Source: Alphaproteobacteria bacterium (GTDB lineage Bacteria > Pseudomonadota > Alphaproteobacteria > SP197). Taken from it: DNA of 64,000 nucleotides. Each line of letters opens with the position of its first letter. Within the stretch, counting starts at the first letter, position 1. Shown here piece by piece: positions 27,851 through 37,733 of the stretch. The notes under the pieces are model-generated. The model ran no database searches and was not told where the DNA came from. It saw nothing but the letters and a program-made list of their open reading frames with translations. The stretch lies in assembly GCA_964291265.2 (NCBI GenBank), contig OZ219747.1:96001-160000 (forward strand). Reading direction: 5' to 3'. The position numbers and the translations under genes were made by a program.

Positions 27851-29476
27851 ATGACCAACCGAAACATCCTGCTCATCGAGCCCGGCTATCGGAACAAGTA
27901 TCCTCCGCTCGGGTTGATGAAGCTTGCACAGTATCATGGGCCCAATGGAAAGAACGACCACGTGCGCTTCGTGAAGGGCGAAGACCAGTCCGTGAAGGAC
28001 ACACCGTGGGAGCGCATCTACATCACTACACTCTTTTCCTTCGAGTGGGAACGTACCGCCCGAAGCATCGATTATGCGCTGGACCTGGTGGGCGGTCAGG
28101 CACATCGCGTCTTTGTGGGCGGCATTGCGGCCTCGCTCATGCACGACGCCTACATTGGTGAGCCACGATGGTGTGGGGTCCGCTTTATCAAGGGTCTGTT
28201 AGGAAACGCTCCAGCAGTTTCCCTGAAACTAGACCCGTTCGAGGATGAACTCTATGCCGACGATGTGGATGGCACACCAATCGAGGACCTAATCCCCGAC
28301 TACAGCATCCTGCCGCACATCGACTATAAGTACCCGGTGTCGGATGCCTACTTCACATATGCATCAAGGGGGTGCGTTCGCAAGTGCGCATTCTGCGGCG
28401 TTCCAGCCTTGGAGGGCGCTCAGCGCGACACTCATGCGCTCAGTGTCATCGTCGAAGGGGTCACACAACTCTACGGCGAGAAGCGCGACCTCATCCTGAT
28501 GGACAACAATGTCGTCGCGTCCGCGAGTTTCAGGGACATCATATCCGAGATCATTGATCTAGGCTTTGAGCGTGGGGCGAAACTGAAGCGCGGTCGGTCG
28601 GAGCTGCAGCGCCGGGTCGACTTCAACCAAGGCGTTGACGCGCGAATTCTGTGCAGGGACCGGTTCTACCTCCGCGAACTCTCACGCATCGCCCTTAAGC
28701 CGCTGCGCGTCGCGTTTGATCACTTGGGGTTGAAGAAGCCCTATTCGCAGGCGATCAGATTCGCCGCGGAAGCGGGCATCCGGGATCTGTCCAACTACAT
28801 GCTTTACAATTTTCACGACAGTCCGGCCGACCTGTTTGAGCGGATGCGCCTCAACGTCTCGCTCAACGAGGAGCTTGGAATTCGTATCTTCTCGTTCCCG
28901 ATGCGGTATCAGCCCGTCACGCGGCCCGACCGGGGTCATGTCGGCAAGAAATGGAACCCGTACTACCTTCGCTCAATGCAGGTTATGCTGCAGGCAACCC
29001 ATGGGATCGTCAGCGGTGCACCGGAATTCTTCAGAACGGCTTACGGCAACACGTTCGAAGAATTCGAGAACATACTTTTCCGGCCCCATCATTATATCTT
29101 CAATCGGTTTTGGTACGAGCAATTCGGAGGTAAGGCCGAGTTCGAGGCCTTTCAGGCGGCAATGGGGGTCTTATCTGAAGGCGAGAGGGCCGAGCTGCTC
29201 GAATTCTTGTGTACTCGGGAGAAGAGCCTCTACGAGCAGGATCTTAAATCACTGACTCCCGGCCCCCTGAGGAGTGCGGCAAGATACTTCGTGCCAATAC
29301 CGAAAGAGGAGGAGGTCAGGATCTGGGCAGAACGCAAGCGCCTCCAAGTCAAGGACATCAACCCTCTCCCGGTTCCGGACGACGAACGCGTGGAAGATGC
29401 CGTCTTGACCGATCAGGACATTCAGCCGTCGTCTACGGATGGGGTGGAAGCGCGCGCTGCGCCGACTTCGGCGTGA
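27851..29476 (+). CDS. Radical SAM enzyme with B12-binding-like N-terminal region
   Basis: NILLIEP..YPPLGLMK, VGGIAAS, SRGCVRKCAFC (CxxxCxxC), MDNN, DFNQGVDAR, YMLYNF, PMRYQP. Confidence 0.9.
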   Translation: MTNRNILLIEPGYRNKYPPLGLMKLAQYHGPNGKNDHVRFVKGEDQSVKDTPWERIYITTLFSFEWERTARSIDYALDLVGGQAHRVFVGGIAASLMHDAYIGEPRWCGVRFIKGLLGNAPAVSLKLDPFEDELYADDVDGTPIEDLIPDYSILPHIDYKYPVSDAYFTYASRGCVRKCAFCGVPALEGAQRDTHALSVIVEGVTQLYGEKRDLILMDNNVVASASFRDIISEIIDLGFERGAKLKRGRSELQRRVDFNQGVDARILCRDRFYLRELSRIALKPLRVAFDHLGLKKPYSQAIRFAAEAGIRDLSNYMLYNFHDSPADLFERMRLNVSLNEELGIRIFSFPMRYQPVTRPDRGHVGKKWNPYYLRSMQVMLQATHGIVSGAPEFFRTAYGNTFEEFENILFRPHHYIFNRFWYEQFGGKAEFEAFQAAMGVLSEGERAELLEFLCTREKSLYEQDLKSLTPGPLRSAARYFVPIPKEEEVRIWAERKRLQVKDINPLPVPDDERVEDAVLTDQDIQPSSTDGVEARAAPTSA

Positions 29477-31107
29477 AGACACAGACACACACGGAGGTTC
29501 GTGGCATGATTGATGCAGCGGAAGTGACCACGGAAATCTTGCCAGACACGTCGGTCATTGTTGGCAAGGACGTGTTGGAATTACTGAGCAGCTCCATGTA
29601 TGTTAATCCGTTAGTGATCTACCGCGAGTACGTACAGAACGCGGCGGACGCCATTGACGACGCCGTGGCCGCCGGTCTACTCCCCTCCATCGCTGACGGA
29701 CGGGTCGACATAGGCGTCGATCACATCGACCGCCGGGTCATAATTCGCGACAATGGCGTCGGCGTGGCCAACGCCGACTTCGCGTTACGCATGCTTTCGT
29801 TCGGTGCAAGTTCCAAACGCGGGACTGGCGCTCGAGGCTTCCGCGGCGTCGGCCGCCTCGCCGGACTTGGCTATGCCCAGAAGATTGTGTTCCGCTCCCG
29901 AACCCTCGGCGACCCTCATGTCATGGAAGTGACTTGGGACATGCGCACCGTGAAGCGCATGCTTGCTTCTACCGCAAGCGATACCGAACTCCAGACAGTT
30001 GTTGCCGAGGCTGTCACATTCATGCAGGTCGACAAGTCGGACAGTCCACAGCACTTTTTCGAAGTGGAGTTGGTGAAGCCTCGCAGAATTGGTAACGACA
30101 GGCTTTTGAACGAAACGGATATAGGTTTCTATATTAGTCAGGTGTGTCCGTGCCCGATGCTGCCAAAATTCAAGCACGGATCCAAGATTGACAAGATGCT
30201 TGCACAGCACGCACGTTGCGGTCGAGCCTACAAAATTCATGTAAACGACTCGCCTGATCCAGTTTACAGGCCCTATCGTGACGAAATTGTCTACTCCGAC
30301 ACAAAGAAAGGCCGAACCAGCAAGGACATCAGGGAAATCGCGATCCCCAAGTCCCATGGAGACGGTCTTGCCGCGATTGGATGGTTTGTCCACCACGACT
30401 ACCATGGCGCTATTCCAGTTTCGGCTGGCGTGCGGGGCCTTCGCGCAAGGATTGGCAACATCCAGATCGGAAATGAGCGTTTGCTGGCCGAAATTTTTCC
30501 CGAAGAACGGTTTTGCTCATGGGCCGTCGGCGAGGTTCATATACTTGATGATCGGGTGGTGCCAAACGGCCGCCGCGATGCATTCGAGAGCGGTTTTCAT
30601 GTTGATCACTTGATAGTGCATCTCCGGCCGATTGGAGTTGAAATCGCACGTGAGTGCCGCCAGGCTTCCCAAAAGCGCCACCAACGCAGATCAATAGAGC
30701 TTGGCATCGACAAGGCATACGAGAAGCTGGAGATCATAAAACAGGGCGCTGTTTCAACAAGTTTCGTCAGAGCCTCGGTGGACGACATCCGTAACTTGCT
30801 GGTCGAAATGCGTGCCGCGGCGAACCACGAACTATTCGATGAAACCGAGTCCCGGCTGCTACGGAAGCAGTTTTCGGGAATCGAAACGGCAACAGGTAAT
30901 GCGGCCGAACGTAAGGAGGAGGACATTCTAGCGGTTGTTCCGCTGAATAAGAGGGAGATTTACAGGGAGATTTTTGATTTGATTTACACCTGCTCATTCA
31001 ACCAATTAGCCGCCAAAAACACGATTGACCGCATGCTGGAACACTTGTCTCGTTCTTCGGGTTCGAACATATCAGCGGTAAGCATTCGGTCCCGCGGTGA
31101 TGGCTGA
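29473..31107 (+). CDS. GHKL ATPase (HATPase_c; MORC/Hsp90-like)
   Basis: YREYVQNAADA (ExxxN), DNGVG, GFRGVGR motifs; GLRARIGNIQIG and PNGRRDAF S5-like region; GTGA overlap with the radical SAM gene. Confidence 0.88.
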   Translation: MKTQTHTEVRGMIDAAEVTTEILPDTSVIVGKDVLELLSSSMYVNPLVIYREYVQNAADAIDDAVAAGLLPSIADGRVDIGVDHIDRRVIIRDNGVGVANADFALRMLSFGASSKRGTGARGFRGVGRLAGLGYAQKIVFRSRTLGDPHVMEVTWDMRTVKRMLASTASDTELQTVVAEAVTFMQVDKSDSPQHFFEVELVKPRRIGNDRLLNETDIGFYISQVCPCPMLPKFKHGSKIDKMLAQHARCGRAYKIHVNDSPDPVYRPYRDEIVYSDTKKGRTSKDIREIAIPKSHGDGLAAIGWFVHHDYHGAIPVSAGVRGLRARIGNIQIGNERLLAEIFPEERFCSWAVGEVHILDDRVVPNGRRDAFESGFHVDHLIVHLRPIGVEIARECRQASQKRHQRRSIELGIDKAYEKLEIIKQGAVSTSFVRASVDDIRNLLVEMRAAANHELFDETESRLLRKQFSGIETATGNAAERKEEDILAVVPLNKREIYREIFDLIYTCSFNQLAAKNTIDRMLEHLSRSSGSNISAVSIRSRGDG

Positions 31108-31441
31108 TTTTTTCGAACTGCTACATGCCGATTGCCAACATCCATGAGACATCCAAGGGTAAACGTTCGGAGCGTTCGGCCGTGCGGTGATGGCTGATTT
31201 TGGATGGTTTGGGGCTTGCTGATTATTGTCTGAGAAAGGACTGGTAAAAATGATGGCGAGTGTCGCCTTTCTGGCCATGCACTGTGACGGCCTCATCACC
31301 CTGCCGCCACCCAAACACCCGCCGGTCCGGCCCAAACCCATCGTCTTCGGACCCGACAGCGAACCTCCACGCGGCGCGCCTCCCAAACGCATCCTCAACC
31401 GGTGAATATCACCAACAATCACCGCGTGGCCGAACGCTTAC
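31078..31441 (+). mobile_element. IS66-derived remnant: two degenerate left-end copies plus a right end, internally deleted
   Basis: GTAAGCATTCGG (31078) and GTAAACGTTCGG (31159) resemble the left end at 59732; ~31250-31441 closely matches ~63310-63500 and ends CCGAACGCTTAC; no TSD found. Confidence 0.85.
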
Positions 31442-31557
31442 ATGTCGAGAAATTGCCCTTCCACTACTCCCGCACACAAGGTGTTGATACACTCCTGACA
31501 GTATCCGGCGCTCTCTCCCGGGATCCAGGTCCCGCGACATGTCGCACTGCGGGTTCT

Positions 31558-33741
31558 TCACATGAAACCCTGCGGATCGACATCGATCTGGACGCGGAGA
31601 TCACCTGTCAGGTGGACCGGATCGAGCCACGTGCGCAGAGCACGCTGCAGCGGCGCTTCCAGGGACGCCTTGACCAGAAGGCGCCAGCGGTGGCGGCCAC
31701 GCAGGATGGCGAGAGGCGCCGGTGCCGGACCAAAGGTGCGGATGTCCGGCGTCGACGGCGCCTTGCGGGCAAGAAAGAAGGCAAGGGAGCGCACCTCACC
31801 CTCACGGGTGCCCGACACAATGACGGCCGCCAGACGGCCAAAGGGCGGCATGCCCCCCTTTTCGCGTTCCCGTTTCTCGCGCTCGATGAAGGTGTGTCGT
31901 GCTCCGGTCTCCAGAGCGTGCATCACGGGATGACCGGGATCCCATGTCTGCAGGATAGCCTCGCCGGGGCGCTCTTCGCGTCCGGCCCGGCCAGCCACCT
32001 GGTGAAGCAACTGCCAGGTGCGTTCCATGGCCCTGGGATCACCTCCATGAAGGCCGAGGTCAGCGTCGACAACGCCGACCAGCGTCAGCAGTGGGAAGTG
32101 ATGGCCCTTGGCGGCAATCTGCGTACCGATGAGGATATCGATGCCACCGCTCTCGATCCGTTTCACCAGATCAGCCACGGCATGCGGCCCGGCGAGAGTA
32201 TCGGATGTCATCACCTCCCGGCGGGCATCGGGAAACCGGCGCGCCACCTCCTCGTCGAGGCGTTCGACACCAGGCCCGCACGCCACGAGGCAATCGGCCT
32301 GTTCGCAGGCAGGACATGTCTGCGGCCGGGGTATCCAGCGACCGCAGTGATGACACTGCAACCGCGCAAGGTACCGGTGCTCCACCAGCCATGCGGTGCA
32401 GTCCGGGCAGGAGAACCGGTGACCGCATGCCCGGCACAGCGTCAGGGGTGCGTAACCGCGGCGGTTGAGGAAGAGCAGGGTCTGCTCGCCTGCTTCGAGG
32501 CGAGCCGTCATCGCCCGGACCAGCGGTCCGGAAAGCCAACTGCCCCGCGCGGTCCCGACCGTGGCCATGTCGATGGTGCGGATGTCCGGCAACAGGGCTC
32601 CAGCATGGCGTGCCTTGAGTTCGACACGCCTGAAGCGTCCACGATCCACATTGACGAGTGTTTCGATGGAGGGTGTCGCCGAACACAGGATGATCGGGAT
32701 GTTCTCCAGGTGAGCCCGCACGATCGCCATGTCCCGGGCGTGATAGCAGACACCATCCTCCTGCTTGTAGGAACTGTCGTGTTCCTCGTCGACAACAATC
32801 AGTCCGAGATCCTGGAAGGGCAGAAAGAGGGCCGAACGGGCGCCGACCACAATGCGCACCTCTCCCGTTGCCGCGCCGCGCCACACTGGATGACGCCGCG
32901 AGCGCGGCACATCGGAATGCCAGATGGCAGGAGGCGCCCGGAATCTTTCCTCGAAGCGATTCAGGAACTGGGCGCTGAGGGCAATCTCCGGCAACAGCAC
33001 CAGCACCTGGCGCCCGTGTGCCAGAACCCTTGCGATGGCGTCGAAGTAGACCTCTGTCTTGCCCGATCCGGTCACGCCCTCAAGAAGGGTCGGTGCGAAG
33101 GTGTCGCCGTCGAGCGTCGCCGCAAGACTTGTGGCCGCCGTCCTCTGATCGGCCCTGAGTCTCGGCCCCGGAGCGTCGGGGTCGGGAGGAGTATAGACGG
33201 GCGCCGGAGACATGAAGACAGTCTCGAGGCTGCCTGTTTCGACCAGCCCCTTGAGCACGGCCACGCTTACTCCGGCTTCGGCTGCCACATCCGCGACCGG
33301 CCGTGTCGAACCGTCGGCCATCAGGGAAAGGACACGCTGTCTCTGCGGGGTGATTCTCTCGGGCGGTGCACCGGCAAGACGCAACGCCCGGCGGCGCGGT
33401 GGTGGCTCGAGCGCTTCGCGCGACCGCAGGACCATACGCAGAACAGCCCCTTCGGCGTTGACCGTGTAGCGGGCCACCCAGGTGACGAACCTGAGGAGTG
33501 ATTTCTTGAGAGGCGGCACGTTCCACACGCCCTCTATCGACCGCAGGCGGGCACGGTCGATGCCAGGGCTTTCGTGTCCCCACACGACGCCGGTCACGAT
33601 CCTGTTTCCCAGCGGCGCGCGCACAGGTGCACCGATGGGCGCCACGACACCCTCCAGGACACGGTAGTCGTAAGGGCCGGGCACCGGCAGGGGCAGAAGC
33701 ACCTGGACAGTATCTCCGGCTGTAGCGTCCTTGTCGGCCAT
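31558..33741 (-). CDS. priA: Primosomal protein N' helicase
   Basis: GVTGSGKTEVY, LLPEIAL, DEEHD, two CxxC zinc clusters, GTQIAAKG, QVAGRAGR, IDVDP end. Confidence 0.97.
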   Translation of the reverse strand: MADKDATAGDTVQVLLPLPVPGPYDYRVLEGVVAPIGAPVRAPLGNRIVTGVVWGHESPGIDRARLRSIEGVWNVPPLKKSLLRFVTWVARYTVNAEGAVLRMVLRSREALEPPPRRRALRLAGAPPERITPQRQRVLSLMADGSTRPVADVAAEAGVSVAVLKGLVETGSLETVFMSPAPVYTPPDPDAPGPRLRADQRTAATSLAATLDGDTFAPTLLEGVTGSGKTEVYFDAIARVLAHGRQVLVLLPEIALSAQFLNRFEERFRAPPAIWHSDVPRSRRHPVWRGAATGEVRIVVGARSALFLPFQDLGLIVVDEEHDSSYKQEDGVCYHARDMAIVRAHLENIPIILCSATPSIETLVNVDRGRFRRVELKARHAGALLPDIRTIDMATVGTARGSWLSGPLVRAMTARLEAGEQTLLFLNRRGYAPLTLCRACGHRFSCPDCTAWLVEHRYLARLQCHHCGRWIPRPQTCPACEQADCLVACGPGVERLDEEVARRFPDARREVMTSDTLAGPHAVADLVKRIESGGIDILIGTQIAAKGHHFPLLTLVGVVDADLGLHGGDPRAMERTWQLLHQVAGRAGREERPGEAILQTWDPGHPVMHALETGARHTFIEREKREREKGGMPPFGRLAAVIVSGTREGEVRSLAFFLARKAPSTPDIRTFGPAPAPLAILRGRHRWRLLVKASLEAPLQRALRTWLDPVHLTGDLRVQIDVDPQGFM

Positions 33742-33828
33742 GCGCTACACTTTGCCAGAATTTGGCGACCGGTTGGAACACCGCTCGTTCAGTCTACGGT
33801 TCATGGCAGACAGTAGAGGTGCGCCTGC

Positions 33829-34494
33829 ATGCAGTTCTTTGTCGATACAGCTGACGTGGACGAGATTCGCGATCTCGCCACGACCGGCATGGTGGACGGT
33901 GTGACCACGAACCCGTCTCTCATCGCCAAGACCGGCCGCCACTTCGGGGACGTCATCGAGGACATCTGCACGGTGGTCAGCGGCCCGGTCAGTGTCGAGG
34001 TCACCGCCACCGATTTCGAAACGATGCTGGCCGAGGGACAGGGTCTGGCCGAACTTGCCCCCAACGTCGCCGTCAAGGTTCCCCTGACATGGGACGGGCT
34101 CAAGACGTGCAAGGCGCTGAGCGATGACGGCACGTCTGTCAACGTCACGTTGTGTTTTTCCGTCAACCAGGCCTTGCTCGCCGCCAAGGCGGGGGCGGCC
34201 TACATCTCTCCCTTCGTCGGCCGACTCGATGACATCGGCCACGACGGAATGGAGCTTATCGACGAGATCCGCGAGGTCTACGACAACTATCCCGAACTCG
34301 ACACGCGCATTCTCGTGGCTTCGATCCGTTCTCCGGCCCACCTGCGTCAGGCAGCCCTTTCGGGCGCCGATGTCGCCACCCTTCCACCGGGCGTCCTGCG
34401 ATGTCTGGTGGAACATCCACTGACCTCCAGGGGGCTCGAAGCCTTTCTGGCGGACTGGAAGAAGACGGGCCAGACCATCCTCAGGGAAACCTGA
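33829..34494 (+). CDS. fsa: Transaldolase / fructose-6-phosphate aldolase family
   Basis: [18 protein letters not shown] Schiff-base Lys, [13 protein letters not shown]. Confidence 0.93.
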   Translation: MQFFVDTADVDEIRDLATTGMVDGVTTNPSLIAKTGRHFGDVIEDICTVVSGPVSVEVTATDFETMLAEGQGLAELAPNVAVKVPLTWDGLKTCKALSDDGTSVNVTLCFSVNQALLAAKAGAAYISPFVGRLDDIGHDGMELIDEIREVYDNYPELDTRILVASIRSPAHLRQAALSGADVATLPPGVLRCLVEHPLTSRGLEAFLADWKKTGQTILRET

Positions 34495-34497
34495 TCC

Positions 34498-35472
34498 ATG
34501 GAGAACCGGATGGAAGCGGTACAGGAGACCGCACATCCGGATCCTGCCTCGCCAGGTACTGCTAACGGCGAGGTGGCGGGACTGTCAGCGGCGTGGCTCG
34601 AGCAACTGGCATCCGAGCGCCGCCTCGCCCACAACACCGTTCTTGCCTACCACCGAGATCTCAGGGAATTCCTCGCTTTCATGGCCGACCACCTTGGCGA
34701 AGAAGCGTGCCTTTCGACACTGGAATCACTTGACCACCGGGACCTGCGATCATGGCTCGCCAGCCGGGCGGCGCGTGGCCTCGCCAGGACATCGACATCC
34801 CGCGCCCTGTCAGCCGTGAAAGGATTCTTCCAGTACCTGGATCGCCAGGGACTGGTGTCCAACCCGGTGGTCCGCACTGCACGGTCATCGAGAATACCGC
34901 GCCAGGTGCCACGACCCCTGACCATGGACGAGGCCACGGATGTGCTGGCCTGCGCCGAGGATTCGGCAACCACGGCCTGGATAGGCAAGCGCGACCTTGC
35001 CCTCATGATGCTGCTCTACGGCAGCGGGCTCAGACTGGGAGAAGCGCTGGCTCTCGATGTCGTGGACATCACCGGTGGTGAGACCCTGCGAATCGTCGGC
35101 AAGGGGAACAAGGCGCGCATGGTCCCTCTGCTGGTCCGGGTCAGGAAGTCGCTGTTGGAATACCTGCGTCATCGCCCCGACGGGGCGCCGCCCACAAGCC
35201 CGCTTTTCGTCGGCGTCCGCGGCGGCCGACTCAATCCCGGCGTGGCCCAGAAGCGCTTCCGGGACCTGAGGAGAGGCCTCGGCCTTCCCGCAACCGCGAC
35301 TCCCCATGCCATGCGCCACAGCTTCGCCACCCACCTGCTCGGCAACGGCGTGGACCTGCGGACCATCCAGGAGCTGCTCGGCCATGCCAGCCTGACGACG
35401 ACGCAGCGCTACACCCGCATCGACGCCGGCGGTCTCCTGGAGGTCTACCAGAAAGCCCATCCGCGAGCCTGA
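34498..35472 (+). CDS. xerC: Chromosomal tyrosine recombinase XerC
   Basis: HNTVLAY, LYGSGLRLGE, GKGNK, HAMRHSFATHLL, LLGHASL, TQRY; priA/fsa/lpdA context. Confidence 0.9.
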   Translation: MENRMEAVQETAHPDPASPGTANGEVAGLSAAWLEQLASERRLAHNTVLAYHRDLREFLAFMADHLGEEACLSTLESLDHRDLRSWLASRAARGLARTSTSRALSAVKGFFQYLDRQGLVSNPVVRTARSSRIPRQVPRPLTMDEATDVLACAEDSATTAWIGKRDLALMMLLYGSGLRLGEALALDVVDITGGETLRIVGKGNKARMVPLLVRVRKSLLEYLRHRPDGAPPTSPLFVGVRGGRLNPGVAQKRFRDLRRGLGLPATATPHAMRHSFATHLLGNGVDLRTIQELLGHASLTTTQRYTRIDAGGLLEVYQKAHPRA

Positions 35473-35843
35473 GCGGACATCCAGTGCCGAATTCATCATG
35501 GGTGGAGATTCCGCCCGCTGTCGCAGAGCGCACCCGGACGCGCATCAAGGACATCGGCAACCAGGACTGACTACAGATCCCTGCCCCGTCCGAACAGCTG
35601 ACCTCCACAGCACCTGCAGCGACTCGGTTTCGTTGGGCTTGCTCCTTCTCTGTCATGTCTTTGTCGAAGGACTTCTTGCAACGGGCCTTGTCATGGAAAC
35701 TGAAGACAACAGCGCGTTTTGGATCTCCATGGGAACAACCTGCGCACCCAACGGACGCCATCATTGCCCTGAAGAAAATGGGATGGCGTATTGCGATGAT
35801 TGCTGTTGTCAGTGACGCAGAAGGCCGACCATCTGCCATGATT

Positions 35844-37382
35844 TCACGCCGCCTGCTCCAGCGACCATTGAACCCTTCTGGTCACAAACCGCGCGAATGG
35901 CCTTATGTTGCGCTCGATGCTGGCGGCTTCTAGCGCTGCCAGGTAGACATCGCGGTCCTCGACCCGGATGACGGTCCATGGATAGCCGCCGGAGGCGAGC
36001 ATAGCGTTCATGATAAAGCGCGCCATGCGTCCGTTGCCGTCTGGATAAGGATGGATATAGCCGAACAGCCAGTGCCCGAGCACGGCCCGCACCGACGGCT
36101 CGGACTCGCTTTCCAGCAGATCGAACAAGGCCTGCATGGCGTCCCGCACCGCCTCCCATCGCGGCGGCACATGGCGTGACCCTCGGAGAAACACGGCATC
36201 GCTCCGGTAACCGGCCAGAGCCGAAGCTGCGATCAGGCCGGCAGTGACGCAAGGCTGAAACAGTTCACGATACCAGTCGCGGTGGGCCTCGCGGAACAGA
36301 GCTCCAGCCTCACCGCCGCCAATGATCTCACTGACCGTCGCCCGCACAAGCCGGAACGCCTGCCAGTAACCGCGGGCGGCGAGGACATCGCGGCTCTGCC
36401 GGTCGGCATCATGACCGTCCGGGTCCCAATTGCCCGTGCGCACGCGGTCGATCAGCTCCGGCGTGACGCGGTAGCCCTCGATCGACAGCGAGTGGTAGGC
36501 ATCGTTCTGGTAGATGCCATCGACGAAGGACAAATAGGCTTGCGTGTCCTTCGGCAGGCCGGGCGCTTCAGGAAATGCTGCAATCACCGGCTCCCGCATC
36601 GCCTCCCACAGCGATAGCAGACGGCCGACAATCGGCGCCTGTGGCCGGCTCAGCGCACCAAAAGCCTGTTCCAGCTCGAACGGATCGGTTTCCCGAGTAT
36701 CGTAACCGGCGCATTCCATGACGCTGAGAATCTCATCGGCCACATCATCCCGGCCGATCCTGCGGAAGGCGCCGGCCAGCCGGCCGCCAATCACCGAATG
36801 ACCGCCATCAAGCAGCCGCCCAAGCACGTCAGCCGCATCGCGGATGCCGGAGAGCACGACCTGCGCTTCGATGGGGTTGCGGACAAAAAATGCCTCCGGC
36901 ACCCGGATCAGCGCGGCTTCCGGTACAAGCAACCGCAGCCCGTTCCGCTCCGTCAGGTCGGCTTCTCGCGGCATCTCCTTTTGTCGGAGATCGTAAAGGG
37001 ATGTGCGGAACAGCAGCTCGACTGTGTTGTTGGCGCCCCTGGGCGTATAGATAATGGCCTGTTGCGGAATGACGGTGTTTTCCGCGTGGAGCAGCAATGA
37101 CTGCTCCGGGGACAGGTGCCAGTCTGGCCCGAAGCGGGCCGTACAATAGGCCGCGCAAAATTCCCAGAAAGAAGCGAACCACGGGGTCGTATCGCCGGGA
37201 TCGGCATCCGGACTGGACGAAATCAGCCAGCCCTTCATCACCTCGTGCAGGAAGCCGTTCCTGACCAGTCGCTCGCGGTGAACGCGCGTCAGTTCGCTGG
37301 AGCGGAAGACCTGTCGTCTCCTGCCCTGCAGCTTCTGGAGCTGTGCCAGAGACGCAGCGAGTTTCTCACTCGGTGTGGCCAT
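35844..37382 (-). CDS. Fic-domain protein with long N-terminal extension
   Basis: YHSLSIEGY and intact HPYPDGNGRMAR Fic motif. Confidence 0.92.
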   Translation of the reverse strand: MATPSEKLAASLAQLQKLQGRRRQVFRSSELTRVHRERLVRNGFLHEVMKGWLISSSPDADPGDTTPWFASFWEFCAAYCTARFGPDWHLSPEQSLLLHAENTVIPQQAIIYTPRGANNTVELLFRTSLYDLRQKEMPREADLTERNGLRLLVPEAALIRVPEAFFVRNPIEAQVVLSGIRDAADVLGRLLDGGHSVIGGRLAGAFRRIGRDDVADEILSVMECAGYDTRETDPFELEQAFGALSRPQAPIVGRLLSLWEAMREPVIAAFPEAPGLPKDTQAYLSFVDGIYQNDAYHSLSIEGYRVTPELIDRVRTGNWDPDGHDADRQSRDVLAARGYWQAFRLVRATVSEIIGGGEAGALFREAHRDWYRELFQPCVTAGLIAASALAGYRSDAVFLRGSRHVPPRWEAVRDAMQALFDLLESESEPSVRAVLGHWLFGYIHPYPDGNGRMARFIMNAMLASGGYPWTVIRVEDRDVYLAALEAASIERNIRPFARFVTRRVQWSLEQAA

Positions 37383-37502
37383 GCCGGACTATCCGCGTGT
37401 TTCCACAAGTTCAATGTGCTGTATCAATACAAGTACATAAAGACGTAGTTGATCAAGTCAATAATGCTGTTCATATGTGCTCGATGGTATTGCCGTTTCC
37501 GG

Positions 37503-37652
37503 TCAGGGGCCCGGCCTGCGCACCCGGCGCATCAGAAAACGGCAGGCAGCCAGTTGCTCCCAGCCCAGAGCGCTCGCCAGCGAGCGTCGGTAGTCCTTGT
37601 CCAGACGCCGACACCGGGACATCCAGACGAAGGTCCGTTCGACCACCCAGCG
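37503..37652 (-). pseudogene. IS5-family transposase C-terminal fragment
   Basis: Translates to RWVVERTFVWMSRCRRLDKDY...RFLMRR, the conserved IS5 C-terminal motif. Confidence 0.8.
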
Positions 37653-37681
37653 ACGATACAAGACGACAAGATTCTGGCTAG

Positions 37682-37729
37682 CCCAAAGTTCCAGATGATC
37701 CCGGCGGAAGAAGCAGAGAGAACTTCGAT
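37682..37729. mobile_element. 48-bp IS1634-like end-only relic between CTAG sites
   Basis: CTAG-CCCAAAGTTCC...GAACTTCGAT-CTAG, degenerate copies of the neighbouring IS ends. Confidence 0.6.
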
Positions 37730-37733
37730 CTAG

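Noticed and set aside
31402-33501. 699-aa plus-strand ORF and similar long ORFs (16553-18529, 19051-20691, 43103-45067, 45122-47101, 52078-53475)
   Set aside because: Antisense shadows of well-supported genes, expected from high-GC codon bias; no motifs.
34498-35472. Tyrosine recombinase as a possible island integrase
   Set aside because: Sequence and priA/fsa/lpdA context fit housekeeping XerC; no att repeats or tRNA seen.
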